Source of the DNA: Eubacteriales bacterium
GTDB taxonomy: Bacteria > Bacillota > Clostridia > Oscillospirales > CAG-382
Direction of reading: 5' to 3'
Length of the DNA stretch: 64,000 nucleotides
Assembly (NCBI GenBank): GCA_045589515.1
Contig: JAZNPH010000090.1
Location: forward strand, 5,631 to 69,630
How positions within the stretch are numbered: position 1 is the first letter of the stretch; every line of letters begins with the position of its first letter. The notes under the pieces are model-generated. The model was given only the letters and a program-made list of their open reading frames with translations. It was not told the DNA's origin and searched no databases. Below, in pieces: positions 1 through 9,680 of this stretch. A program made the translations under genes and the position numbers.

Positions 1-1011
1 CACGGAATGTACAAGAACATCCTTTTGGAGGCGTACAACAACCCTTCCACCGCAGAGGAGCTGGCGTTGGAGCTGGGAATAGCCCTGCCCTACATGGAAG
101 AGGAATTGGAGTATCTGGTAAAAGAAACGTTGCTGGTAAAAAACAAAGACAAGTACGAAACGGATTTCCCCATCATCAGCAGAGAAGCCCAAGAAAAGCT
201 CACAGAGAAAAACGCCGCCTTGACTGCTGAGATCACTTCCCTGTTGGAGAAGCTGCTGGATACGTTCCACGACGCTTGCGGAAAGGCGGGTGTGAACTAC
301 TTCGGCGGATATATCCCTTACGAGGATGCCAAGTGGAGTCTGTTGATGATCGCGTTTGATCACTATCGCTGGTATGAAAGGCCGCGGTGTGAATACCGCG
401 ATCGTCCGAACAACGGAAAGTGGGAGGTGGTGGGCTGTCAAACCACCCGAATCCCTCATCTCCCCTTTGTGGGTCAGCACGGCTGTTTCTCTACCCGTGA
501 GGATCTTCCCGGTATTGCGTTTCACCAATTCAAGTTTATGCACGGTGATATTTACTCCCGTACGCCGGAATATCTTTCTCACGAGGAAGGGTACGTTTTG
601 AAGCTGGTTGCAGAAGGCAAGTGGCAGGAATGTAACAAAGCCATTCTGGAAAAGCTGGCGGGCTACGGCTACGTTCGTGCAGAAGGCGACGGCTACCTGC
701 CCAACGTTCTCGTATTCAACGGCCACGGCTGCGGAAAATATTGGGATTTGCTTGACAAGGAAGCGCAGGAGGAGGTCGACAGGCTTTCGACACAACTGAA
801 GGCCTCGTTTGGGGAGCTTGCGGCGTATTCCGATCGGGTCATCAAGAAGGATCTTCCCGCTCGGTTCCGCGAGGATAAAAACCTTTTTGAATTGGTATGC
901 GGAAGTACGGGGTTCGACCGTTCGGACGTTTTGGAGCAGGCCATCAAGGACGGCTGGCTCAAAGACGACGAGAACACCGGGAAGACGGTGGGCGCGCACC
1001 TGTATTTGTAA
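1..1011 (+). CDS. C-terminal part of a probable ECF-type sigma-70 factor with long C-terminal extension (5'-truncated by the window)
   Basis: Frame is open from base 1. The HTH-like segment KNILLEAYNNPSTAEELALELGIALPYMEEELEYL resembles extensions of clostridial ECF sigma factors; the sigma core lies outside the window. Confidence 0.5.
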   Translation, partial: HGMYKNILLEAYNNPSTAEELALELGIALPYMEEELEYLVKETLLVKNKDKYETDFPIISREAQEKLTEKNAALTAEITSLLEKLLDTFHDACGKAGVNYFGGYIPYEDAKWSLLMIAFDHYRWYERPRCEYRDRPNNGKWEVVGCQTTRIPHLPFVGQHGCFSTREDLPGIAFHQFKFMHGDIYSRTPEYLSHEEGYVLKLVAEGKWQECNKAILEKLAGYGYVRAEGDGYLPNVLVFNGHGCGKYWDLLDKEAQEEVDRLSTQLKASFGELAAYSDRVIKKDLPARFREDKNLFELVCGSTGFDRSDVLEQAIKDGWLKDDENTGKTVGAHLYL

Positions 1012-1037
1012 GAGAGAAAACAGGAACCTCATCCACC

Positions 1038-1135
1038 ATTGCGGGATCTGGGAAAATCTGTTTTACCCAATTGAGAAATTCCCGCAATAGTCCCCCTTCC
1101 CCAGAGGGGAAGGCAAGAAACTCCCTTCGGGAGTT
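1038..1135. repeat. Cluster of palindromes (REP-like hairpins)
   Basis: ATTGCGGGA...TCCCGCAAT (1038-1088), CCTTCCCC-AGA-GGGGAAGG (1095-1113), AACTCCC-TTC-GGGAGTT (1119-1135). Confidence 0.6.
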
Positions 1136-1190
1136 GGAAATTGTCATATGCCACTTCTGGGGGCGGAAATTGGTGGGGCTTGGTTTTCAA

Positions 1191-1288
1191 CTTCCGAAAA
1201 CGGCAGTTTTCGGAAGGGAAAGTTTTTGAGGAGATATACCTCGCCGAGGCGAGCTAAAAGGGGAACTTTTTTCAAGAAGTTCCCCTTT
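1191..1288 (-). repeat. Dispersed two-hairpin element, copy A (3' of htpG)
   Basis: CTTCCGAAAAC-GGCA-GTTTTCGGAAG plus AAAGGGGAACTT-loop-AAGTTCCCCTTT; same layout as five other copies. Confidence 0.7.
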
Positions 1289-1308
1289 GTCGTTCTTATT
1301 ATTCGGTT

Positions 1309-3090
1309 TTACAGCTCCATGAGGATCTCACGGTTGAGGGCTACGTAGGCGCGGAGCTCCTCGGGGGTGAGGGGGCGGGCAAGCATCACGGCGGAGAGGT
1401 AGATATGCTTGGCGATGCGGGAAGCCTTTTCGTCTCCTTCGGGGAGGGTTTGGAGCTTCTGCACCAGGGAGCTGCCCACGTTGACGGTGAGGACCTCCTC
1501 CACGGGGAAGGAGAAGTCGCCTTCACCCTGCATACTGTACATTCTCATCATTTCTGCCATACGGCGGCTCTCCTCGCTGACGGAGAGGAGCGCAGGGGCA
1601 TCCTCCTCGCCCAGGGTGACGAAGGATACCTTGGCGTCTTCCTTGCCCACGGCGGCCTTAAAGAGGGCCTCCAGGGATGCGGTGTCCGTCTCCCCTTCTC
1701 CCTTGATGGCATCCAGGTCAGAATCGATGCGGCGGAACTTCACCTTGTCGTTTTTGCTCTCACAGAACTGTGCGTAGTTGGTGTCCATGATGGTATCGAA
1801 CACCAGCACGGGAATGTTCTTTGCGGCATAGAGATCCAGATAGTAGCTCTGGGCCTTGGGATCGGTGGTGTAGTAAACGGTGCCTTCTTCCTTGTCCTCC
1901 AGGTATTCGGACAGGGTGCTCCAGCCGCCGGTTGCCTTCTCGAACAGGATCACGCCGTGAGCACGGTCGTTAAACTTGCTATCCTTGATACAGCCGTACT
2001 GAATGTAGGGCTTGAGGCCTTCCCAATTCTTCTCGAACTCCTCGCGGTTGTCGTTAAAGAGGAAGTTGAGACGGTCGGAGACCTTCTTGACGATGTGGGC
2101 GGAGACCTTGCGGACGTAGGCGTCGTTCTGCAGGTAACTGCGGGAGACGTTCAGCGGCAGATCGGGGCAATCCAGAACGCCCTTCAGGTTGATCAAGAAC
2201 TCGGGGCAGACCTCCTTGATATTGTCCGCCACGAACACGGAGTTATAGAAAAGACGGATCTCACTCTCCTGGGTGTCGAAGGCGTTCTTGCGGCGGGGGA
2301 AGTACAGGATGCCCTTGAAGTCCGGGGGGTAACCGGCGTTGATATGCACCCAGAACAGAGGGACGGTGTAATCGTGGAATTGCTTGCGGTAGAATTCCTT
2401 GTACTCCTCGTCGGTGCAATCGGCGGGGTTCTTCTGCCAAAGAGGGGTAGTCTCGTTGATCAGCTCTTCCTTTTCGCCGTCGTGGAGGTAGATCTCCACG
2501 GGCATGAAAGAGCAGTATTTTTCCAGAATGGGCTTTAAGGCCTCAGCGGAAAGGTAGACTTCCTCGTCCTCCATGAGGTACATGGTGATCTCGGTGCCCC
2601 GTTCGGTACGGGTACCGGGCTGCATTTCGTAGGCGCCTGCCTCGGTGCATTCCCACAGCACGGCGGGGGCGTCGGTGTAGGACTTGGTCTCCATGGTGAC
2701 CTTATCCGCCACCATGAACATGGAATAGAAGCCCAGACCGAAGTGGCCGATGATGCCGCTTCCTCCCTCTCCCTCGTATTTGGAGATGAAGTCCACAGCC
2801 CCGGAAAGGGCGATGTTGTTGATGTATTTCTCTACCTCGGCTTCCGACATACCGATACCGTTGTCGGAGACGGTGATGGTGCGGGCTTCCTTGTCTACCC
2901 TTACGTCGATGCGGTAGGGAGTCTCGCTTTCCGCCGCCTCCCCCAGGGAGACTAACCGTTTATGCTTGGTGACTGCGTCGCAGGAATTGGACAGCACCTC
3001 ACGGAGGTAGATGTCCTTCTCGGAATACAGCCATTTTTTGATGATGGGAAAAAGATGCTCGGTATCCACCGACAATGCACCGTTTGCCAT
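1309..3090 (-). CDS. htpG: Molecular chaperone HtpG (Hsp90), 593 aa
   Basis: LYSEKDIYLREVLSNSCDA, DNGIGM, IGHFGLGFYS and DLPLNVSRS motifs. Start moved to ATG 3090 after a GGAG RBS. Confidence 0.97.
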   Translation of the reverse strand: MANGALSVDTEHLFPIIKKWLYSEKDIYLREVLSNSCDAVTKHKRLVSLGEAAESETPYRIDVRVDKEARTITVSDNGIGMSEAEVEKYINNIALSGAVDFISKYEGEGGSGIIGHFGLGFYSMFMVADKVTMETKSYTDAPAVLWECTEAGAYEMQPGTRTERGTEITMYLMEDEEVYLSAEALKPILEKYCSFMPVEIYLHDGEKEELINETTPLWQKNPADCTDEEYKEFYRKQFHDYTVPLFWVHINAGYPPDFKGILYFPRRKNAFDTQESEIRLFYNSVFVADNIKEVCPEFLINLKGVLDCPDLPLNVSRSYLQNDAYVRKVSAHIVKKVSDRLNFLFNDNREEFEKNWEGLKPYIQYGCIKDSKFNDRAHGVILFEKATGGWSTLSEYLEDKEEGTVYYTTDPKAQSYYLDLYAAKNIPVLVFDTIMDTNYAQFCESKNDKVKFRRIDSDLDAIKGEGETDTASLEALFKAAVGKEDAKVSFVTLGEEDAPALLSVSEESRRMAEMMRMYSMQGEGDFSFPVEEVLTVNVGSSLVQKLQTLPEGDEKASRIAKHIYLSAVMLARPLTPEELRAYVALNREILMEL

Positions 3091-3181
3091 ATGATTCACA
3101 CTCCTTTGTTTGATCTGACAATTGCAGTATACCCCCGTGTTGTGAAAGAACTTCGGGGTATTTGTGACAAAAATGTTAAAA

Positions 3182-3208
3182 TCAGCACTCCCATATAGAG
3201 AGTGCTGA
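3182..3208. promoter_or_regulatory. CIRCE element (HrcA operator) upstream of htpG
   Basis: TCAGCACTC-CCATATAGA-GAGTGCTGA versus consensus TTAGCACTC-N9-GAGTGCTAA; one symmetric substitution, 9-bp spacer. Confidence 0.9.
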
Positions 3209-3223
3209 TTCTTGTTTTTGGCT

Positions 3224-3511
3224 TTAGTCTTCTCCGAAGGCGCACTCGATATCGCCGTCGAAAATGTCCTCAAGATCCTCGATGAAATCCACGTCGTAAT
3301 CCTCGAAGTCCTCCTCCATAGCCCGGGAGATCTTTTGGTTACGAAGCTCATTGAACACCAGGTAAGCACCTGCCACGCCGCCTACCGCGGAGAACACGGC
3401 AAGGGTGCGGGAAAGGCTCTTGGATTTGTTCCAGTACACCAAGAACAGGATGAAAAAGAGGATGGATTGACCGATGAGGCAAAGGCCTGCGATGAATTTT
3501 GCTTTTTTCAT
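3224..3511 (-). CDS. Small membrane protein, two hydrophobic segments and acidic C-terminal tail
   Basis: 95-aa ORF with GGAAAGGA RBS, co-directional between prfB and htpG. Confidence 0.75.
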   Translation of the reverse strand: MKKAKFIAGLCLIGQSILFFILFLVYWNKSKSLSRTLAVFSAVGGVAGAYLVFNELRNQKISRAMEEDFEDYDVDFIEDLEDIFDGDIECAFGED

Positions 3512-3543
3512 GTGTGTGTTTTCCTTTCCGTATGTGGTTATGA

Positions 3544-4665
3544 TCAGCTCTCGGTTCCCTTGCAGGAAAGCTTGAGAAATTCGTTGATAAAGTCGTCCAG
3601 TTCGCCGTCCATCACTGCCTGGATGTTACCCGTCTCACAGGAGGTGCGGTTGTCCTTCACCAGGGTATAGGGCATGAAGACGTAGGAACGGATCTGGCTG
3701 CCCCATTCGATCTTCATCTTGTTACCGGTGATGTCCTCGATGCGCTCCAGATGCTCGCGCTCCTTGATCTCCAATAGCTTACTCTTCAGCATACGCATGG
3801 CAGTCTCTTTGTTCTGCACCTGGCTACGCTCCGTCTGACAGCCTACCACGATGCCCGTGGGAATGTGGGTGATACGGATGGCGGAGTCGGTCTTGTTGAC
3901 GTGCTGACCGCCTGCACCGCTGGAGCGGTGGGCAACGATGAGCAGATCCTCGTCGCGGATCTCGATGCCCTCATTCTGATCGGTGAACTCGGGAAGCACT
4001 TCAACGGAGGCAAAGGAGGTCTGCCGTCTGCCGCCTGCATCGAAGGGAGAGACGCGGACCAGACGGTGAACGCCGGATTCGCTCTTGAGGTAGCCGTAGG
4101 CGTTGGTACCTTCCACCAGGAAGGAAACGGATTTAATACCAGCTTCGTCGCCGTCCAGGTAATCCAGCACCTTGACCTTGAACTTCTTGCGCTCCGCATA
4201 GCGGAGGTACATTCTGTAAAGCATCTGTGCCCAGTCCTGGGCCTCGGTGCCGCCTGCGCCGGGGTGGATGCTGATGATGGCGTTGTTGCCATCGTATTCC
4301 CCGCAGAGAAGCACCTCGATGCGCTGTTCTTCATATTCCTTGCGAACGGCTTCCAGATCTGCCAGAACGTCGTCCACCATGGATTCGTCATCCTCCTCGA
4401 TGGTCATATCGATGAGGACGGAAACATCGTCAAACACGCGGCGGAGGTGGAGATAGTTTTCCATAAGGGATTTCTTCACCTTCAGGACCTTCAAGATCTT
4501 CTGGGATTCCTGGGGATCGTCCCAAAAGCCTGCCTCGCCGGTCTTCATTTCCAGGGCGGCAACCTCCTGCTGTAAGGTATCGAATTTGATGGAAGCCTTG
4601 AGATCGTTGATCCCCGCCTCCAGGTCGCGAAGGGATAATTTTGCCTGTTCCAATTGAATCAGCAC
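3544..4665 (-). CDS. prfB: Peptide chain release factor 2 (no programmed frameshift)
   Basis: SPF motif (VRVSPFD), GAGGQHVN, GAGGTEAQDW, WGSQIRSY. Continuous ORF from GTG with GAGG RBS. Confidence 0.97.
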   Translation of the reverse strand: MLIQLEQAKLSLRDLEAGINDLKASIKFDTLQQEVAALEMKTGEAGFWDDPQESQKILKVLKVKKSLMENYLHLRRVFDDVSVLIDMTIEEDDESMVDDVLADLEAVRKEYEEQRIEVLLCGEYDGNNAIISIHPGAGGTEAQDWAQMLYRMYLRYAERKKFKVKVLDYLDGDEAGIKSVSFLVEGTNAYGYLKSESGVHRLVRVSPFDAGGRRQTSFASVEVLPEFTDQNEGIEIRDEDLLIVAHRSSGAGGQHVNKTDSAIRITHIPTGIVVGCQTERSQVQNKETAMRMLKSKLLEIKEREHLERIEDITGNKMKIEWGSQIRSYVFMPYTLVKDNRTSCETGNIQAVMDGELDDFINEFLKLSCKGTES

Positions 4666-4775
4666 TGTCGTTTACCTCTGATGTTCATATTCATTCAAGG
4701 ATATTATACTAAGAAAGGGTATTTTTGTCAAGAGAGTATTTGGGGAAATCCTTTCTTTTTATGCCGCAACAGGAG

Positions 4776-4802
4776 AAAAACAAAAGATCCCCGAGGGGAC
4801 CC
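4776..4802 (-). terminator. Intrinsic terminator after RNase P RNA
   Basis: Minus strand GGTCCCC-TC-GGGGATC followed by TTTTGTTTTT. Confidence 0.65.
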
Positions 4803-4807
4803 TTGTT

Positions 4808-5144
4808 CCATCACTTCTGTAAGCCGGGTTCTGTATTGGACAGTCATCTATCTTGGACGTACGTCGCCATACGCCTCTTTGCCACCCGTGAAGCTGCCGA
4901 GCAAGCTTAAAACGCTTCGGTGGGTGTTGCTCCGGATAGGGTTTACATGGCCGCACGGTCTCCCGCACGCCGGTGAGCTCTTACCTCGCCTTTCCACCCT
5001 TACCGCAAAAATGCGGCGGTATCTCTCTGTTGCACTGGCCCTGAAGTCACCTTCGGCAGACGTTATCTGTTATCCTGCTCTATGGAGCCCGGACTTTCCT
5101 CACTTTGCGGTCGCCCGCATTTGCGCGACTGTCTGGAGTGGTGG
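4808..5144 (-). ncRNA. rnpB: Bacterial RNase P RNA, class A
   Basis: Minus strand has CCAGACAGTCGC, GAGGAAAGTCCGGGCTCC, AGTGCAACAGAGAG and ACAGAACCCGGCTTA in canonical order. Confidence 0.97.
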
Positions 5145-5150
5145 ATTTTT

Positions 5151-5179
5151 ATCTTAACACAGAAATTTTATTTTGTCAA
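5151..5179 (-). promoter_or_regulatory. Sigma-70 promoter of rnpB
   Basis: TTGACA-N17-TAAGAT just upstream of the RNA 5' end. Confidence 0.75.
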
Positions 5180-5223
5180 CCTATTGATTATTTTTTGTTT
5201 TGAAGATATAATGTATAGGATAT

Positions 5224-6591
5224 ATGTTTATTGAAAGGGAGGACTTGACCTTGCTTTTGGAATATGCGAAAACCTTCCGCGGAAAAAAGGTGGGCTTTAT
5301 CGGTCTCGGGGTGAGCAACACCCCCATTCTCCGTTTGCTGTTGCAGGCGGGTGCCATCTGCCGCGTACGGGATATGAAGGACATTTCCCGGGATGAAGCC
5401 TTTGCGCCTCTGACGGCGGAAGGGGTTGAATTCATCTGCGGAGAAGGCTATCTGGAAAACATCGACGAGGACGTTTTGTTCCTCTCCCCCGCCGTGCGGG
5501 AGGATCTGCCCGGGCTTTTGAAGGCAAAAGAGCGGGGTACGGTGCTGACCAACGAGATGGAGGAGTTCTTCCGTTTGTGTCCCTGCCCGATCATCGGGGT
5601 GACGGGAAGCGACGGGAAAACCACCACCACCACCCTCATCGCCAAGCTTCTGGAGGCGGAGGGAAGGACGGTGCATCTGGGGGGCAACATCGGCAGAAAT
5701 CTGCTGTGCGAGCTGGATGCCATGGAAAAGGATCATTTTGCGGTGGTGGAGCTTTCCTCCTTTCAGCTGATGAAGATGACGAGGTCTCCCCATATTGCGG
5801 TGGTGACCAATCTTTCCCCTAACCATCTCAACTGGCATATCGACATGGAGGAATACGTCACCGCAAAGGAGAACATCTTCCTGTTCCAGCAAGAGGCGGA
5901 CACTCTGATCTTAAACGCCGACGACGGGTACGCCAAGCGGTGTGCTTCCAAGGCGAAGGGAAATTTGAAATTCACCTCCGGTAAGGAAAAGGCTCACGTT
6001 TGGTTCGATCAAACCGGGATCTACCTGGGCGACACCTTGGTGGTGAAGGACGAGGAGATCCGTTTGGTGGGGATCCACAACCGATATAACTACGCCCAGG
6101 CCATCTGTGCCACGGAGGGGCTTGTTTCCCACGAGACCGTTCGGAAGGTGGCAAGAGAATTCGGCGGTGTAGAGCATCGCTGTGAATTTGTCAGAGAGAA
6201 GGACGGAGTGAAGTATTACAACTCCTCCATCGATTCCAGCCCCACCCGTACCGCGGCCTGTGTCAACAGCTTCAAGGTGCCCTTGGTGGTGATCTGCGGC
6301 GGGTACGACAAGAACATTCCCTTAGAGCCCTTGGGCGAGCTGTTCCCCGGGCGGGTGAAGCACGCCATTCTTTGCGGGGCTACCTCTGCAAAGATCGAGA
6401 AGGTGCTGACAGACGTGGGGTACACGGACTTCACACGTGTGGAACGATTTGAGGATGCGGTGAAGCTGGCTTCCCAAAAGGCGGTTTCGGGAGACTGCGT
6501 GGTACTTTCCCCTGCGGCGGCAAGCTTTGATATGTTCAAGAACTTTGCCGTGCGGGGAGAGACCTTCAAGAAATTGGTACGTGAATTGTAA
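5224..6591 (+). CDS. murD: UDP-N-acetylmuramoyl-L-alanine--D-glutamate ligase
   Basis: GLGVSN, GVTGSDGKTTTT, GGNIG, ELSSFQL, NHLNWH, VEHRCE and SPAAASFD motifs. Confidence 0.96.
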   Translation: MFIEREDLTLLLEYAKTFRGKKVGFIGLGVSNTPILRLLLQAGAICRVRDMKDISRDEAFAPLTAEGVEFICGEGYLENIDEDVLFLSPAVREDLPGLLKAKERGTVLTNEMEEFFRLCPCPIIGVTGSDGKTTTTTLIAKLLEAEGRTVHLGGNIGRNLLCELDAMEKDHFAVVELSSFQLMKMTRSPHIAVVTNLSPNHLNWHIDMEEYVTAKENIFLFQQEADTLILNADDGYAKRCASKAKGNLKFTSGKEKAHVWFDQTGIYLGDTLVVKDEEIRLVGIHNRYNYAQAICATEGLVSHETVRKVAREFGGVEHRCEFVREKDGVKYYNSSIDSSPTRTAACVNSFKVPLVVICGGYDKNIPLEPLGELFPGRVKHAILCGATSAKIEKVLTDVGYTDFTRVERFEDAVKLASQKAVSGDCVVLSPAAASFDMFKNFAVRGETFKKLVREL

Positions 6592-6617
6592 TCGTTACAG
6601 AAAGGATATACGGAATT

Positions 6618-7661
6618 ATGGATCGCATTTACGACTTGGCGAAGACGCTGATCGCTCTGCCCGGTGTATCCGGGGATGAGGACCGCGCTCTTCCCGATCT
6701 GGAAAAGCTGTTCGGGCATTATTTTGACGAGACGGGAATTACCCCCGTGGCTTCCTTCTACGGCATCCGCAAGAGCAAGAAGCCCGGCGCCAAAACCGTG
6801 CTGTTGGACGCTCATCTGGATACCATCGGGTTCATCGTGACCCAGATCTGCGAGGGAGGATTTTTGAAAGTTGCCGGTATCGGCAGGACCTCGGAAAAGA
6901 ATCTTTCCGCATCGGAGGTCTGGATCTACGGTAAGAAGATCATTCCCGGTGTGTTCGCTTCCAAGCCTCCCCATCTCCAGGAGCCGGGTGAAAGCGAGAA
7001 GAAGATGGAGCTTTCCTCCTTCTCCATTGACACGGGACTTTCCAAGGAGGAATTGGAGGAGATCGTCCGCGTGGGTACTTACGTGGGCTTCAAGTCCGAG
7101 ACGGAGAGATTGAACGAGCACGTTGCCGTTAGCCCCTCCTTTGACGACCGTATCTGTGCCGCGGCACATTTGCGGGTGTTGGAGCTTTTGGGGGAGGAGG
7201 ACCTCGGCATCAACATCGCCGTACAGTTCTCCGCAAGAGAGGAGCAGGGCTATAAGGGTGCCATGACCACGGCGTACCGCTTGAACCCCGATCTGGCCAT
7301 CGTCATGGACGTGGGTCACGCTTACGTTCCCGGTGCGCCGGAAAAGAGAAAGTGCGTACAGATGGGCAAGGGCTGTATTCTGTCCTACGCGCCCCAGACC
7401 ACCCGCAGGTTCACCGCTTTGGCGGAGCAGCTTGCGGAGGAAAAGGACATTCCCATTCAGCTGTTGGCGGAGCCCGGCAGAACCGGTACCAACTCCAACG
7501 CAGTGCAGACGGTAAGAGGCGGCGTACCCGTTTGTCTGATCTCCGTGCCTTTGAAGAATATGCACACGGCAAACGAGATCGTGGATCTGCGGGACGTGAT
7601 GGCCGCTTCCCGTTTGGTGGAGGCATTGCTCCGCAAGATCGGGGAACAGGAGGGCATTTGA
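6618..7661 (+). CDS. M42 family metallopeptidase (paralog 1)
   Basis: GVSGDE, DAHLD, FDDR, REEQG and NMHT metal/catalytic motifs. Confidence 0.9.
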   Translation: MDRIYDLAKTLIALPGVSGDEDRALPDLEKLFGHYFDETGITPVASFYGIRKSKKPGAKTVLLDAHLDTIGFIVTQICEGGFLKVAGIGRTSEKNLSASEVWIYGKKIIPGVFASKPPHLQEPGESEKKMELSSFSIDTGLSKEELEEIVRVGTYVGFKSETERLNEHVAVSPSFDDRICAAAHLRVLELLGEEDLGINIAVQFSAREEQGYKGAMTTAYRLNPDLAIVMDVGHAYVPGAPEKRKCVQMGKGCILSYAPQTTRRFTALAEQLAEEKDIPIQLLAEPGRTGTNSNAVQTVRGGVPVCLISVPLKNMHTANEIVDLRDVMAASRLVEALLRKIGEQEGI

Positions 7662-7662
7662 G

Positions 7663-8685
7663 ATGGAATTTTTTGCAAGACTGAAGGAATACTGTGACAT
7701 CCTCGGGCCTTCCGGCATGGAGGATCTTGTCAGAGAAAGAATCATCGAAGACATCAAGGATTCCGGGGCGGAATACGAAGTGGACGCCGTTGGCAACCTA
7801 ATCGTCTTTAAGAAAGGCAGACAGCGCCGCGACAAGAAGCTGTTGGTTGCCGCTCACATGGACGAGGTGGGCTTTATGGTCACCTACGTGGGAGAGGACG
7901 GCTATTTGTGGTTTGACGCTGTGGGCGGCATCGACCGCCGTGTGGTCAGCGGACGGAGACTGCAGTTCTGTAAGAACGGCATCATTGGCGTGGTGGCTTC
8001 CAAGGCCATTCACATTCAGAAGCCCTCCGAGTTCGGCATTTGCGAGCCTGTTTCCGAGATGAATATTGATATCGGCTGTTACGACAGAGAGAGCGCTTCC
8101 AAGCTTGCCAAGGTGGGCGACTGCGCTACCTTCTGCCCCAACTACGAGGACTTCGGAGACGGGTTGATCAAGTCCAAGGCCTTGGACGACCGTTTCGGCT
8201 GTGCCTTGATGGTGGATATGATCAATTCCGACTTGGAATACGACACCTATTTTGCCTTCAACACCTGCGAGGAGATCGGGTGCGACGGTGCGGCTGAGGT
8301 CTGCTACCGCATCCGTCCCGATATTGCGGTAATCCTGGAATCCACCACCGCAGGAGATATCTGCGGTACACCCGAAGGCAGACGTGCCTGCGAGGTTCGC
8401 AAGGGTGCCGTGATCTCCCACATGGACGGCGGTACCATCTACGATAAGGAGCTGGTGGCTCTGGCGCTGGAGGTGGGCAAGGAGCAGGACATTCCCTGCC
8501 AGCTGAAGAACATCGTAGCGGGAGGTAACGAGGCAAAGGCCTTCCAGAGAGAGGCGCTTGGGGCAAGAGTGCTTGCCATTTCCGCACCTACAAGATACAT
8601 CCATTCCGCCTGCAGTGTTGCCGCCAAGGAGGATCTGATCTCCGTGGGCAAGCTGGCAAGAGCGATCATTGAAAGGAAGATTTGA
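7663..8685 (+). CDS. M42 family metallopeptidase (paralog 2)
   Basis: AAHMDEVG, KALDDR, CEEIG, RYIHS. Confidence 0.92.
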   Translation: MEFFARLKEYCDILGPSGMEDLVRERIIEDIKDSGAEYEVDAVGNLIVFKKGRQRRDKKLLVAAHMDEVGFMVTYVGEDGYLWFDAVGGIDRRVVSGRRLQFCKNGIIGVVASKAIHIQKPSEFGICEPVSEMNIDIGCYDRESASKLAKVGDCATFCPNYEDFGDGLIKSKALDDRFGCALMVDMINSDLEYDTYFAFNTCEEIGCDGAAEVCYRIRPDIAVILESTTAGDICGTPEGRRACEVRKGAVISHMDGGTIYDKELVALALEVGKEQDIPCQLKNIVAGGNEAKAFQREALGARVLAISAPTRYIHSACSVAAKEDLISVGKLARAIIERKI

Positions 8686-8687
8686 GT

Positions 8688-9674
8688 ATGTTGACGTTGA
8701 CTAAGAAATTCACCTCCGCTTTTTCCGTGTCCGGCATGGAAAAGCCCTTGGCGGAGATCATCAAAAAGGAATTGGCTTCCGTGGCGGACGCCATTGAAAC
8801 CGATCCCATGGGCAACCTTTTGGTTTTGAAAAAGGGTAAAGACTCCTCCCGCAAGGTCATGATCGCCGCTCACATGGATGAGATCGGCTTCGTGGTCACC
8901 TCCATCGACGGGGACGGCTATATTCACGTTTCCAACATCGGCGGCATTCACGCCGTGGCTTCCTCCTATCAGAAGGTGAAGTTTGCAAACGGTGTTACCG
9001 GTGTGATCGTTTTGGAGAACGGCACCAAGGCGGCGGATATCTCCGTGAAGAAGATGGTGATCGATATCGGCGCTAAGGACAAGAAGGCGGCAGAGAAGCG
9101 TGTGAAGATCGGCGACGTATGCGCGGTGGTTCCCATGCTTCAGAAGCTGGGTGGCTCCCGCTATGCGGCAAAGGCCTTTGACGACCGTATCGGTTGCGTT
9201 GTGGCGGCCTACGCGGCGTTGCATTGCGACACCCCCGCTTACGACACCTGGTTCGTGTTCACCGTGCAGGAAGAGGTTGGCTGCAGAGGCTCCCGTCCTG
9301 CGGCGTTCCGTATTATGCCCGATTACGGCATTGCTTTGGACGTGACCTCCGCAGGAGAGTGCGGCGGGTCTGCGGTGACCAAGCTGGGGGACGGAGCGGC
9401 CATTAAGATCAAGGACTCCTCCGTGCTTTGCTCTCCCATGATCATCGACCGTCTCACCGAGCTGGCAAAGGAAGGGGATATTCCTTATCAGTACGAGGTT
9501 CTCACCGCAGGCGGCACGGACACCTCCTCCATGCAGATGGCCGGTGCAGGCTGTGCCGCAGGATGCATTTCCATCCCCACCCGTTACATCCACTCCCCCG
9601 TTGAGACCATCGATATGAAGGATCTGGACGCTTGCGCCAAGCTGTTGACCGCCTTCATTGAAAAAGGAGTATAA
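8688..9674 (+). CDS. M42 family metallopeptidase (paralog 3)
   Basis: AAHMDEIG, KAFDDR, QEEVG, GGTD, RYIHSP. Confidence 0.92.
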   Translation: MLTLTKKFTSAFSVSGMEKPLAEIIKKELASVADAIETDPMGNLLVLKKGKDSSRKVMIAAHMDEIGFVVTSIDGDGYIHVSNIGGIHAVASSYQKVKFANGVTGVIVLENGTKAADISVKKMVIDIGAKDKKAAEKRVKIGDVCAVVPMLQKLGGSRYAAKAFDDRIGCVVAAYAALHCDTPAYDTWFVFTVQEEVGCRGSRPAAFRIMPDYGIALDVTSAGECGGSAVTKLGDGAAIKIKDSSVLCSPMIIDRLTELAKEGDIPYQYEVLTAGGTDTSSMQMAGAGCAAGCISIPTRYIHSPVETIDMKDLDACAKLLTAFIEKGV

Positions 9675-9680
9675 CTTACC

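Noticed and set aside
3091-3369. 93-aa N-terminal extension of HtpG in the ORF track
   Set aside because: Spans the CIRCE box and the upstream gene; the RBS supports ATG 3090. Similar over-extended starts were trimmed for other genes.
4808-5144. Two C-A mismatches in the RNase P P1 helix suggesting decay
   Set aside because: Universally conserved segments, promoter and terminator are intact; P1 is variable.
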